Source of the DNA: Thermodesulfobacteriota bacterium
GTDB taxonomy: Bacteria; Desulfobacterota_D; UBA1144; Nemesobacterales; JAJCZQ01
Assembly: GCA_965203965.1 (NCBI GenBank)
Contig: CBDBDR010000017.1
Coordinates: 960,001 to 1,024,000 of the forward strand
Direction: 5' to 3'
DNA: 64,000 nt
Shown here: piece after piece, positions 32,574 through 42,598 of the stretch
Layout of the letters: the number at the start of each line of letters is the position of its first letter
Position numbering within the stretch: the first letter of the stretch is position 1
Program-made: the position numbers and the translations under genes
The notes under the pieces: generated by a model
What the model was told of the DNA's origin: nothing
Databases searched by the model: none
The model's input: the letters and a program-made list of their open reading frames with translations, nothing else

Positions 32574-33608
32574 TTAAGGGCGCATTTTTAATATATTCTG
32601 CTCCATAACTTTCGCAAAACCATCCGTTTTCAGCCCTCCTCCCAAATCCCGTGTCGTTTCACCTTTGGCAAGTGCAATATTATAAGCCTTTTTAATCCTC
32701 TCCGCAGACCTCCTCATATTATCCAGACCCTCTGTATCAGCTATATAATTAAGCATCATCGCTCCCGACATTATGAGGGCAAGCGGATTTGCAATGTTTA
32801 ATCCGGCAATATCGGGTGCCGATCCATGTACGGCTTCAAAAACCGCGGACTCGTCACCTATATTTGACCCTGGCACAACTCCGAGTCCTCCGACAAGTCC
32901 TGCACACAAGTCGCTCACCACGTCTCCGTAAAAATTTTCAAGCAGCAGAACATCAAAACTGTTAGGATCTTGAACTAACTTCATGCATCCCGCATCCACA
33001 ATGTATTCCTCGTATTCAACATCCTTATATTCTTTACTGATTTTCTTAGATTGTGAGATGAAAAGACCATCTGTTATCTTCATTATATTGGCTTTATGGA
33101 ATACTGTTATCTTTTTCCTGTTTCTTTTTCTTGCATATTCAAATGCCCACTTTGCAATTCTGCTACATCCTTTCTCGGTCGCCACTTTCATACTCACCAT
33201 AACACCTGGGGAAATATTGCTCTCGGCTCCGCTGTATAAACCTTCCGTATTCTCTCTGATAATGACAACGTCAATGTCTGAAAATCTTGTTTTTACTCCA
33301 TTTAGGCTTCGGATAGGTCTTACCGCTGCATAAAGATCAAGGGCTTTACGCAAATAAACGTTTACGGATGCAAATCCACCTCCTATAGGTGTCATACATG
33401 GACCCTTGAGTGCGACTTTATGCTCTTTTATCGCATCCAGTGTATTTTGAGGAAGGAGTTGATTGTATTTTTCAAGCGCCGATACGCCTGCACTTCTCAC
33501 AACCCACTCAATATTGGCACCGGAAACTTCAATTACTCTTTTAGTCGCTTCAACTATTTCTGGGCCAATGCCGTCGCCGGGAATTAATACGATCTTTCTA
33601 ACACTCAT
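32574..33608 (-). CDS. Isocitrate/isopropylmalate dehydrogenase family, probable NAD-dependent isocitrate dehydrogenase
   Basis: PGDGIGPE, RENTEGLY, HKANIMK, FEAVHGSAPDIAG. Confidence 0.85.
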   Translation of the reverse strand: MSVRKIVLIPGDGIGPEIVEATKRVIEVSGANIEWVVRSAGVSALEKYNQLLPQNTLDAIKEHKVALKGPCMTPIGGGFASVNVYLRKALDLYAAVRPIRSLNGVKTRFSDIDVVIIRENTEGLYSGAESNISPGVMVSMKVATEKGCSRIAKWAFEYARKRNRKKITVFHKANIMKITDGLFISQSKKISKEYKDVEYEEYIVDAGCMKLVQDPNSFDVLLLENFYGDVVSDLCAGLVGGLGVVPGSNIGDESAVFEAVHGSAPDIAGLNIANPLALIMSGAMMLNYIADTEGLDNMRRSAERIKKAYNIALAKGETTRDLGGGLKTDGFAKVMEQNILKMRP

Positions 33609-33658
33609 AATTAACCATAAGCCAAAAACTGCAAAAGCCCTCTATTACAGCTACGATA

Positions 33659-34132
33659 CTAATCTTTAATAAGGTTCTCAACGACACTGTCAACTTTTTC
33701 TGGAGTGAGATTCTCATAAAGAATATCATCAGCCAGCATAACGGGAGCAGTACCACAAGATGCAAGACATTCAGCTTCCATCAATGTTATTTTGCCGTCT
33801 TTGCTAGTCTCGCCCGTTTTGATTTTCAGCTTGTCGCACAGGTAATGCTCAACATGTTCTGCACCTCTTAACGCACATGACAACGTCCGACACACCCATA
33901 TAACGTGCTCCCCTTTTGGCTTTGTAAAAAACATCGTGTAAAAAGTGGCAACGTTCTGAATTTGGGAGGGCGGAATATCCAGCATTTTTGATACCTCTTC
34001 CATAGATTCTTTAGAAAGCCAACCGTGATGGTTTTGAACTTCCCTCAAGACAGGAATCAGTGACGATCGCTTAGTTTCATGCGTTTCTACTAAACGGTTT
34101 ATTTTTTCTATTAAGTCAATGGGAAAAGACAT
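33659..34132 (-). CDS. nuoE: NADH-quinone oxidoreductase subunit E
   Basis: VATFYTMF, CRTLSC...ECLASCGTAP 2Fe-2S ligands. Confidence 0.93.
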   Translation of the reverse strand: MSFPIDLIEKINRLVETHETKRSSLIPVLREVQNHHGWLSKESMEEVSKMLDIPPSQIQNVATFYTMFFTKPKGEHVIWVCRTLSCALRGAEHVEHYLCDKLKIKTGETSKDGKITLMEAECLASCGTAPVMLADDILYENLTPEKVDSVVENLIKD

Positions 34133-34240
34133 ATGGTATTGCTGTTTGTTTGAAATATAATTTAGTTTATTAGGGTAACATGCTTTAATTTCATCTTCAA
34201 TGCTTGTAGTCTTACTCTATCAGTTGAAATAGAGAAAAAA

Positions 34241-34783
34241 ATGAACAAATCAGAACTTGGTTCAAAAACTGCAAAAGGCGGGTTTGCAAATGAAAAGGCA
34301 ATATGTGAGAAATTCAATAAATGGAAAGAAGATAAAGAAGTGAAAGAATGGCTTAAAGTGATGGGGTATGAGATTGAAAAGATTGATTCTGTAAAAGCAA
34401 TTCATATCCCGATCAGAATGAGAGAAAAAAATAAACGGGCAAATCCGTTGGGAAAGGTTCCCGATGATGTATGGAAGTTTCCAAGAGCCTGCAGCACTTT
34501 CAAGGAACGGGTGGATAATCACATGCCTGAAGAGTTGTTAGGATTGATAATAAAAGCCAGCTCTAAAGAGAATGATTTGGTATTAGACCCTTTTGGTGGA
34601 ACTGGAACAACAGCGGCAGCCGCCAAAAAACTGAAACGAAATTTCATAACGATAGAAATCTCAAAAGAGTATCATAAGGCTATATTAAACCGTCTAAATC
34701 TCACCAAGGAACAACAAGAACCCCACAGTAAAATCTCAGAGACACAGTATCAAAAAACACTGTTTACAGAAAATCTGGTTTGA
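34241..34783 (+). pseudogene. Chimeric remnant: HinP1I-like restriction enzyme N-terminus fused in frame to an MTase C-terminal half
   Basis: MNKSELGSKTAKGGFANEK...W..WL..MG matches the recalled R.HinP1I N-terminus. Then NPLGKVPDDVW and DPFGGTG, with no (D/S)PPY motif. Confidence 0.7.
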
Positions 34784-34793
34784 TCTTTAACAA

Positions 34794-35360
34794 ATGGCTA
34801 AAAAAAGAATTACAAGGGTTTATACAAAAACAGGGGACAAAGGAGAAACTATGCTGGTCAGTGGTGAAAAGGTCAGGAAATCCTCTCCAAGAGTTGTGGC
34901 ATACGGGGACGTGGATGAACTGAATTCGGTAATTGGTATTGTTATCAGTTGCGCAAAAGATACCTCGCTAAAAAGCATTTTAAGGAATATACAGAACGAT
35001 CTTTTCATTCTCGGCGGCGACTTGGCAACTCCTCAGGATTTTAAAGGCAAGATTCCAAGAATTGAAGAGAAAATGGTTGAATGGATTGAAAAATACATAG
35101 ATGAATTTCACGAGGAAGTTGGAGATCTAAAGGAGTTCATTCTTCCATCTGGAGTTCATAGTGCGCCCTATGTACATTTAGCAAGAACCGTGTGCAGACG
35201 CGCAGAAAGAAACCTTGTAAGACTGTCTGACAATGAGCCGATAAATCCACTGGGAATAAACTACTTGAACAGACTTTCAGATCTGCTCTTTATGATGGCA
35301 AGAATAGAAAATAAAAGAGCTGGTAACAAGGAAACTCTAGTTGATTTCGGTAAAAAATGA
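34794..35360 (+). CDS. pduO: Cob(I)alamin adenosyltransferase, PduO-type
   Basis: VYTKTGDKGET, AYGDVDELNS, RTVCRRAER, YLNRLSD. Confidence 0.93.
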   Translation: MAKKRITRVYTKTGDKGETMLVSGEKVRKSSPRVVAYGDVDELNSVIGIVISCAKDTSLKSILRNIQNDLFILGGDLATPQDFKGKIPRIEEKMVEWIEKYIDEFHEEVGDLKEFILPSGVHSAPYVHLARTVCRRAERNLVRLSDNEPINPLGINYLNRLSDLLFMMARIENKRAGNKETLVDFGKK

Positions 35361-35363
35361 ACA

Positions 35364-38003
35364 ATGACTAAAAATATCTCAAACTCCAAAAAGTTGTCCA
35401 AAGATGAAATCATTGAACAATTTAACAGGTCAAACTCACACCTATATAAAAAACATAAAAAACAAAGAAAACATAAATCCAGTTTCGGTCTTGAACTTTG
35501 TAGAGAAAGATCAAAAATACGTGACGAGCTGATTACCCGGTTCTCGGAAAATTTTGGCTTCAGTGAACTTAAAGGTGTTTCAATAGTGGCAATAGGGGGA
35601 TACGGACGTTATGAACTCTGCCCTCATTCGGATATTGACCTTCTGTTCCTTTACAAAAAAGGAACAAAATCACTTGTTAAAGAATTGGTGGAAAAACTGG
35701 TCTATTTTTTATGGGATTTAAAACTTGATATTGGACACTCCGTAAGAACCATAGAAGAATGTAAAAGTCTGTCTTATGATGAAGATACGACGGTTCTGAC
35801 TTCCATGATGGATTGCCATCACATACACGGTGATGAATCCTTGCACTTCAAGTTGAATGAGACAATCTATAACCAGGTTCTTCCAAAAATCTCCAACAAA
35901 TTCATAGAGCGTAAACTGGATGAAATTGAAAGACGAGTTAAAAAATTTGGCAGTTCTGTATATCTACTTGAGCCTAACATTAAAGAAGGCGAAGGTGGTC
36001 TGAGGGATTTACAGTCGGCACTTTGGATTGCACAAGCAAAATTCAAGGTTAGAAATTTACACGGTCTATTAGAAAAGGGAATTATCAACTCAAAGGAATA
36101 TCGTGTAATTGAAAGATTGCATAACTTTTTTCTTTCAATCAGGTCCGAGTTGCATTACCAGACGGGCAAGAGGGAAGACAGGCTGGGTTTTGAACTTCAG
36201 GAAAAATTAGCGGAAATGTTTGAATATCAGGATTCAAAATTCAAAGCAGTAGAAAAATTCATGAGAGTGTACTACCTGAGAGCCAGATTATGCCACTTGC
36301 ACTCAAGGAAGATAATTGATGAATGTGTAAAAACCACAACCGGCGCCTGGAATTTTTTCAAAAAGCCAAAGCAACTGGATCACAATTTCATTATAAAGGA
36401 AGGCTGTCTATCCACAGCAAACAAAAATATATTCAAAGAAGACCCTATTAACCTTATCCGTGCTTTTGAATATATAGATAAATACAACCTCAGAATGACC
36501 AACCATCTCAGGTGGATGATATGGGAAAATACGAGGCTAATAGATGATAACATTAGAATAAACAAGGATTTTAACAACATTTTTCTGAGAATACTAAAAC
36601 ACGGGAAAAATGTTGCAAATGTGCTTTTTCTAATGAACGAATTGAGAGTGCTTGCACACTACATACCCGAATTTGGGAAAATAGTATGCATGGTTCAACA
36701 CAATGCATACCACGTCTATACGGTTGATGTTCATTCTATAATGGTGGTTCAGGAGATGGAAAAACTCGTAAAATACAAATACGAAGAAGAATTTCAACTT
36801 CTGACCAAAGTTGCTGAATCCGTTATAAAGCGCGACGTTCTTTACCTTGCGGGACTTTTCCACGATATAGGAAAAGGATTAGGCAAAAATCATTCTGAGA
36901 AAGGAGCTGTAATAACAGCAAAAATTGCTGAAAGAATGGGTTTAGACAATAGAGATGTAAAACAGCTTGAGTTTTTGGTAAGGCACCACGTTATCATGTC
37001 TGACCTGTCTCAAAGGAGAGACATTCACGACTTAAGCATGATAGAAAGACTTACCCACATGCTGAGAAGTATGGAAACCCTGAATCTCCTTTACTTATTG
37101 ACGTTTGCTGACATAAGATCAGTAGGTCCCGAAGTCTGGACAACATGGAAAGACATGCTACTCAAAGAACTTTATTTAAGAACTTCAAAATGTTTTGAGG
37201 CGAGTGCTGATTACACGGGTAAATCAATTAGAGAAAGGCGCAACTACGTAATAGGTAAAACACTTAATATTGTAGAAAATGAAATAACAAAAGAAGAACT
37301 CTGTAATTTTATTGATAAAATGCCCGTTTCTTACCTTTACGCACATACCCCAAAATCCATAGCTAATCACGTCAGGATTGCAAGTAAAGCTGTATCGGAA
37401 ATTACTACCGGACTGGTGCATTATCCAAAAGAGGATTATGATGAATTTATTTTCTGGGGGAAGGATGAAAAAGGTCTTATATACAAAATCTGCGGTGTGT
37501 TGAGTTCAAGCAACGTGAATATACTGGGTGCCAGAATAACAACGACAAAGGACGGTCGTGCGCTGGATGTGTTTTATGTTAATAAACTGGGAAGATCAAC
37601 ATCCGACCAGCAAAATGGAATGTGGAAAAAAATAGACTCAAAAGCAAAAGACGTTCTTGAAGGCAATCTCAGTGTGGATGAGTTGGTTAAAAAACAAATG
37701 TCTGACCAACCCTTGTTCCAGAAAACCACCCCGAGACACCCTCCTGAAATTGAGATTGACAACGACTCGTCAGAACATTCCACTGTAATTGATATTTACG
37801 CTCATGACCGCACGGGACTGCTTTATAATATTACAAAGAGGCTGAACAAACTCGGACTTAACATAAACTATGCCAAAATATCAACAAAGGCAGATCAGGC
37901 AGCAGATGTGTTCTATGTATCTGACAAAAAAGGCGAAAAAATTTTTGATAGCAAGCGTATAGACAAAATAAAAAATGCTTTGATGGAATCTTTGATGAAT
38001 TGA
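35364..38003 (+). CDS. glnD: PII uridylyltransferase / uridylyl-removing enzyme
   Basis: GGYGR..SDIDL, EPNIKEGEGGLRD, YTVDVH...HDIGKG, two ACT domains. Confidence 0.96.
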   Translation: MTKNISNSKKLSKDEIIEQFNRSNSHLYKKHKKQRKHKSSFGLELCRERSKIRDELITRFSENFGFSELKGVSIVAIGGYGRYELCPHSDIDLLFLYKKGTKSLVKELVEKLVYFLWDLKLDIGHSVRTIEECKSLSYDEDTTVLTSMMDCHHIHGDESLHFKLNETIYNQVLPKISNKFIERKLDEIERRVKKFGSSVYLLEPNIKEGEGGLRDLQSALWIAQAKFKVRNLHGLLEKGIINSKEYRVIERLHNFFLSIRSELHYQTGKREDRLGFELQEKLAEMFEYQDSKFKAVEKFMRVYYLRARLCHLHSRKIIDECVKTTTGAWNFFKKPKQLDHNFIIKEGCLSTANKNIFKEDPINLIRAFEYIDKYNLRMTNHLRWMIWENTRLIDDNIRINKDFNNIFLRILKHGKNVANVLFLMNELRVLAHYIPEFGKIVCMVQHNAYHVYTVDVHSIMVVQEMEKLVKYKYEEEFQLLTKVAESVIKRDVLYLAGLFHDIGKGLGKNHSEKGAVITAKIAERMGLDNRDVKQLEFLVRHHVIMSDLSQRRDIHDLSMIERLTHMLRSMETLNLLYLLTFADIRSVGPEVWTTWKDMLLKELYLRTSKCFEASADYTGKSIRERRNYVIGKTLNIVENEITKEELCNFIDKMPVSYLYAHTPKSIANHVRIASKAVSEITTGLVHYPKEDYDEFIFWGKDEKGLIYKICGVLSSSNVNILGARITTTKDGRALDVFYVNKLGRSTSDQQNGMWKKIDSKAKDVLEGNLSVDELVKKQMSDQPLFQKTTPRHPPEIEIDNDSSEHSTVIDIYAHDRTGLLYNITKRLNKLGLNINYAKISTKADQAADVFYVSDKKGEKIFDSKRIDKIKNALMESLMN

Positions 38004-38024
38004 TATTTTTTAAATTGATAGCAC

Positions 38025-39617
38025 ATGACCCGCAGTTTGGATTTTTCAGAATTAAACACTGATTTTTTGATCATTGGCAGCGGCATAGCTGGGCTTTATG
38101 CTGCTAATTACGCATCTGACTATGGAGACGTGATTGTCGTTACTAAGTCAACACTTGTTGAGAGTAATTCCTACTGGGCGCAGGGTGGAATTGCAGCAGC
38201 AATTGATCCTGAAGATTCAGCCGTTTTTCATAAACAAGATACAATCAACGCCGGTGATGGACTTTGTAATACCGAAGCAGTTGACATACTTGTCAAAGAG
38301 GGAGTAGAGAGGGTTTTGGATCTTATTCAACTTGGCATGAAGTTTGATTCTGATGAAGAAGGACTTGTTTTCGGTTTGGAAGGAGGACATTCTAAACGAC
38401 GCGTTTTACACGCCGGGGGTAATGCAACCGGAGAAAAAATAGTGAATTTTCTCATATCATCCGTAACCAATAATCCAAAGATACGATTGTTTGAGCTCAC
38501 AACAATTACAGACCTTGTATCCGATGGCAGCCAATGCTCTGGTGCATGGGCATACAATCAGAATAATTTGAAATATATCCTGATCAGATCAAATTCAACA
38601 ATACTGGCAACAGGTGGAGCCTCAGCACTTTTTAAGCCTACCACGAACCCCGAGGGCTCAACAGGTGAAGGAATTGACCTCGGACACAGAGCAGGTGCAG
38701 AAATTATGGACATGGAGTTTATCCAATTTCATCCAACCGCATTTTACTCAGAAGAAGGAAAAACGTTTTTAATTACGGAGGCAGTTAGAGGAGAAGGAGC
38801 ACACCTTGTCAACACCAAAGGCAAAAGATTCATGCAAAATTATCATAATCTGGGAGAACTGGCGTCCAGAGATGTGGTATCCAAAGTAATTTTCAATGAG
38901 ATCAAACAATCGGACCATAAATGTGTTTACCTCTCATTAAAACACCTTAATAGTGATTATGTAAAGAAAAGATTTGCCAATATATATGATCTATGTTTGA
39001 AAAACGGCTATGACCTAACATCCGATCTAATCCCTGTTGCACCTGCGGCTCATTATACAATTGGGGGAATCAAAACCGGACTTAAAGGGGAAACCAATTT
39101 GAATGGCCTTTTTGCCTGCGGTGAGGTTGCATGTACTGGAGTGCACGGGGCAAATAGACTTGCGAGCAACTCTCTTTTGGAATGCATGGTATTTGCAAAA
39201 AGAGCAATTGATGGATACTTAAAACAGAAAGTCAAAACAGACATATGTTTAACGCCTGAACTTCCAATCTTAATTTATTCCAAACGAGGAGAGAACCGGA
39301 AGATATTCAATGTATTAAACAATAGGATACTGAACCAGAACAATAAAAAACTTGGCATAGTAAGGGATGGTGAAGCGATAAATTCACATCTCAAAGAGCT
39401 TGGGGATATAAAAGAGCAAGCAGAACAATTGGTCGGTTGGTTTAGATATAAAATTTCCAGTATGGTGAACGTAAGCACACTGATCGCAAGATCAGCATTA
39501 GCCAGACGGGAATCCAGAGGGTCTAACGTAAGAGCTGATTTTCCAGATAAAAATCAGGAACTTAAAGTCCATATTGGTATTAAAAAAAATTCCAAACCTT
39601 ATAAAATAGACCTCTAA
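38025..39617 (+). CDS. nadB: L-aspartate oxidase
   Basis: GSGIAG, AQGGIA, QFHPT, AHYTIGG, HGANRLASNSLLE. Confidence 0.96.
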   Translation: MTRSLDFSELNTDFLIIGSGIAGLYAANYASDYGDVIVVTKSTLVESNSYWAQGGIAAAIDPEDSAVFHKQDTINAGDGLCNTEAVDILVKEGVERVLDLIQLGMKFDSDEEGLVFGLEGGHSKRRVLHAGGNATGEKIVNFLISSVTNNPKIRLFELTTITDLVSDGSQCSGAWAYNQNNLKYILIRSNSTILATGGASALFKPTTNPEGSTGEGIDLGHRAGAEIMDMEFIQFHPTAFYSEEGKTFLITEAVRGEGAHLVNTKGKRFMQNYHNLGELASRDVVSKVIFNEIKQSDHKCVYLSLKHLNSDYVKKRFANIYDLCLKNGYDLTSDLIPVAPAAHYTIGGIKTGLKGETNLNGLFACGEVACTGVHGANRLASNSLLECMVFAKRAIDGYLKQKVKTDICLTPELPILIYSKRGENRKIFNVLNNRILNQNNKKLGIVRDGEAINSHLKELGDIKEQAEQLVGWFRYKISSMVNVSTLIARSALARRESRGSNVRADFPDKNQELKVHIGIKKNSKPYKIDL

Positions 39618-39694
39618 CCCTTTGCTTAACTCAAACCACAAAGAAAGGTTTATATTTACGGTTAAAAGGTCAAGTTGTATAATACATTCTCACA

Positions 39695-40540
39695 GTGAGA
39701 AATATTGATTTGCAATGGTCTGAAGTTGAAAAAATTATTGACCTAGCACTTGAAGAGGATATAGGTAAGGGAGACCTCACCACAGAATTGCTTTTTCCAG
39801 ATGACATCGAGTGTCATGCTGTGATCAGATGTAAGGAAAAAGGCATATTGGCAGGACTCCCCGTTGCAAATTCAGTGTTCAGAAAGCTGGACAGTTCGGT
39901 TGAGTTTTCAGAATCCAAGAAGGATGGGGATATCATCAAAACCGGCGACGTAATAGTCAAGATAAGAGGATCCCAGAAAAGTATTCTCACAGGCGAGCGG
40001 CTGGCGCTTAACATAATACAAAGGCTCAGTGGTATAGCAACAACTACATCCAAATACGTACAAGCCGTAGAAGGGTACAACGTTAGGATACTTGATACAA
40101 GAAAGACCCTTCCGGGTATGAGGACACTGAGCAAATATGCCGTAAGCATAGGAGGGGGAGAGAATCACAGAATAGGATTGTTTGACGGGATATTGGTAAA
40201 AGATAACCACATCAAACTGGCAGGAGGAATAAAAAAAGCAGTTGAAAGAATTAAGCGGAGTTCAAGTCCTAGTCAAAGAATTGAGGTTGAAACATCAAAT
40301 ATAGATCAGGTAAGGCAGTCCCTGGAAGCAGGAGCAGATATTATAATGCTTGATAATATGTCAGATGATTTGATTAAAGAGGCAGTGAGCTTGATAGGAA
40401 AAAGAGCATTGATAGAAGCTTCAGGCGGTATTACTTTAAACAGAGTAAGAAAAGTAGCAGAATCTGGAGTGGATTTTATTTCAATAGGCGCTTTAACCCA
40501 TTCCGCACAGGCTTTAGATATAAACCTTGATATGGTATAA
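39695..40540 (+). CDS. nadC: Quinolinate phosphoribosyltransferase
   Basis: DTRKTLPG, NHR, KDNH, EASGG, GALTHS. Confidence 0.97.
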   Translation: MRNIDLQWSEVEKIIDLALEEDIGKGDLTTELLFPDDIECHAVIRCKEKGILAGLPVANSVFRKLDSSVEFSESKKDGDIIKTGDVIVKIRGSQKSILTGERLALNIIQRLSGIATTTSKYVQAVEGYNVRILDTRKTLPGMRTLSKYAVSIGGGENHRIGLFDGILVKDNHIKLAGGIKKAVERIKRSSSPSQRIEVETSNIDQVRQSLEAGADIIMLDNMSDDLIKEAVSLIGKRALIEASGGITLNRVRKVAESGVDFISIGALTHSAQALDINLDMV

Positions 40541-40564
40541 TATGCAGGCAATAACCATGATAAA

Positions 40565-41512
40565 ATGAAAGACATAATTAAAGAAATAAATGAGTTAAGA
40601 AAGTATAAAAAAGCCGTTATTCTTGCACACAACTACCAACTTCCCGAAGTGCAGGATATTGCAGATTACGTTGGTGATTCACTTGGATTATCTCGTCAAG
40701 CAGCAAATACTGATTCCGAGATAATAGTTTTTTGTGGGGTTCATTTTATGGCTGAAACAGCCTGCATAATATCCCCAGGCAAGAAAGTTTTAATTCCCGA
40801 CCTCGGTGCTGGATGCTCTCTTGCCGACACCATAAACTTGGAGCAACTAAGGGAATGGAAAAATGAGCATCCCGGCGCAGTGGTTGTTTCTTACGTAAAC
40901 ACATCCGCTGAGGTAAAATCCGAGACCGATTACTGTGTTACTTCATCAAACGCAGTGCAAGTTGTGAAGGCAATTCCGGAGGACAGAAAAATACTGTTTT
41001 TGCCCGATATGTTTCTTGGTGCCTATGTGGCTAAAGTAACGGGAAGAAAAATTCAGATCTGGCCTGGAGAGTGTCACGTTCATTCCAAGATAAATTCCGG
41101 AGACATACAATCTGCAAAGGAAGAACACCCCGATGCGGATATTCTTGTTCATCCCGAATGTGGTTGTACAACAACCTACCTCTATCAAAAAGTGGACGAT
41201 GAAAACAATTTACCCAAAGACATAAGATTTCTATCCACGGATGGAATGATTCGGCACGGTATTGATTCCGAAGCAGATGAGTTCATTGTCGCAACGGAGA
41301 CCGGCATCCTTCACAGGATGAAAAAAGAAAACCCGGGTAAAAATTTCTTTCCAGCAAATAAAAACGCCGTCTGCGAATATATGAAGATGATAACAATTGA
41401 AAAAGTCCTGCACTCACTCCGAGAAGAAGTGTATGAAGTTCAGGTGCCGGGCGAAATTGCAGTAAGAGCTAAGAAATCAATTGACAGAATGCTTGATATA
41501 TCACGGGTTTAA
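40565..41512 (+). CDS. nadA: Quinolinate synthase
   Basis: AHNYQ, GDSLGL, CGVHFMAE, YVN, HPEC, CEYMK. Confidence 0.97.
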   Translation: MKDIIKEINELRKYKKAVILAHNYQLPEVQDIADYVGDSLGLSRQAANTDSEIIVFCGVHFMAETACIISPGKKVLIPDLGAGCSLADTINLEQLREWKNEHPGAVVVSYVNTSAEVKSETDYCVTSSNAVQVVKAIPEDRKILFLPDMFLGAYVAKVTGRKIQIWPGECHVHSKINSGDIQSAKEEHPDADILVHPECGCTTTYLYQKVDDENNLPKDIRFLSTDGMIRHGIDSEADEFIVATETGILHRMKKENPGKNFFPANKNAVCEYMKMITIEKVLHSLREEVYEVQVPGEIAVRAKKSIDRMLDISRV

Positions 41513-41557
41513 TTTGGATTCTCTTGCCTATGGTCAAATCAGGGATGTCCTCTAAGA

Positions 41558-41710
41558 GAAACTAGCAAAGGGGAAATTATACAACTCCGTCAGGTTTTGC
41601 CCGACACCACTACTAAATTCCTACCTCTGCAGGAACAACGTCTTTATTCCCTTCGTTGTCCCTGTGACAGAGTCAGTGGGATTGTATCAGGTCACTTTGC
41701 CTCTAAGTTC
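41558..41710 (-). ncRNA. Candidate structured RNA between convergent nadA and ispE
   Basis: Nested stems GCAAAG/CUUUGC, AUACAAU/GUUGUAU, CUCUG/CAGAG, CAGGGACAACG/CGUUGUUCCUG and side hairpin GUCGGG/CCUGAC; G-U pairs favour the minus strand. Confidence 0.4.
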
Positions 41711-41719
41711 AAACGGCTA

Positions 41720-42598
41720 TCAATCCGCTAGCCTGTGCCAACCCGATATTCCTTTTAACAAAAAAATGTCTATATCGTTATTTGATGACAGGTAGTTATA
41801 TAATTCTTTAGCGGGTCTATCTTTCCTAAATACGGCAAAAATACAGGATCCGCTTCCAGACATTATTACCGATTTTGAGTCCAGTGATTGCATTAGCTTT
41901 TTGTATTTCTCCAGAGATGGACAAATACTAAAGGCCGGTCGTTCCAAGTCGTTGAATACAAACAACTCCGATATGGTGTTAGAAAAATTCCGAATCAACT
42001 CTTCAAATTCAGACTTCTCATCACTGTATTTAGAATTTAAGTTGTCCCATTTTTTGTAAACTTCCCAAGTTGAAATTGCAAATCTGGGATAAATAACCAC
42101 GTAATGAAAGACCGGAAAATTTTTAAGAGTTGTAACTTTTTCTCCTATTCCTTTAACAAATGCTGATCTGCATCTTATGAAAAATACCACATCTGCACCA
42201 AGCTCCAAAGATATCTCCATGAGCTCATTTTCATTCAAAATATTCAAAAGGCGGTTTAATCCGACCAATACTGCCGCCGCATTAGAGCTGCCACCGCCAA
42301 GACCAGCCCCTATGGGAATCACCTTATCAATTGAAATGATTATCTTCTTTCTGGTTCCGCTTCTCTTGAGATATAATTGTGCTGCCTTGTAAGCCAGATT
42401 GTCTTTTTCTCTTGGGATTTTTATGCCCCGCAAATTCAGTAGAATCTCATCTCCATTCTCAACTTCTATCTTCACAATATCAAAAAGGTCTACCGGCTGC
42501 ATTATAGATTCTATTTCGTGATAACCGTCGGTTCTTTTTCCTTGCACTTTGAGGGTTAGGTTGACCTTTGCGGGTGATAGTAAGGTTATGGACTTCAT
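41720..42598 (-). CDS. ispE: 4-diphosphocytidyl-2-C-methyl-D-erythritol kinase
   Basis: SPAKVNL, DGYHE, IPIGAGLGGGSSNAA, MSGSGS. Confidence 0.96.
   Translation of the reverse strand: MKSITLLSPAKVNLTLKVQGKRTDGYHEIESIMQPVDLFDIVKIEVENGDEILLNLRGIKIPREKDNLAYKAAQLYLKRSGTRKKIIISIDKVIPIGAGLGGGSSNAAAVLVGLNRLLNILNENELMEISLELGADVVFFIRCRSAFVKGIGEKVTTLKNFPVFHYVVIYPRFAISTWEVYKKWDNLNSKYSDEKSEFEELIRNFSNTISELFVFNDLERPAFSICPSLEKYKKLMQSLDSKSVIMSGSGSCIFAVFRKDRPAKELYNYLSSNNDIDIFLLKGISGWHRLAD

Noticed and set aside
41558..41710. Lysine riboswitch reading of the nadA-ispE element (AGAGG start)
   Set aside because: It lies downstream of both neighbouring genes and lacks the expected multi-stem junction motifs.
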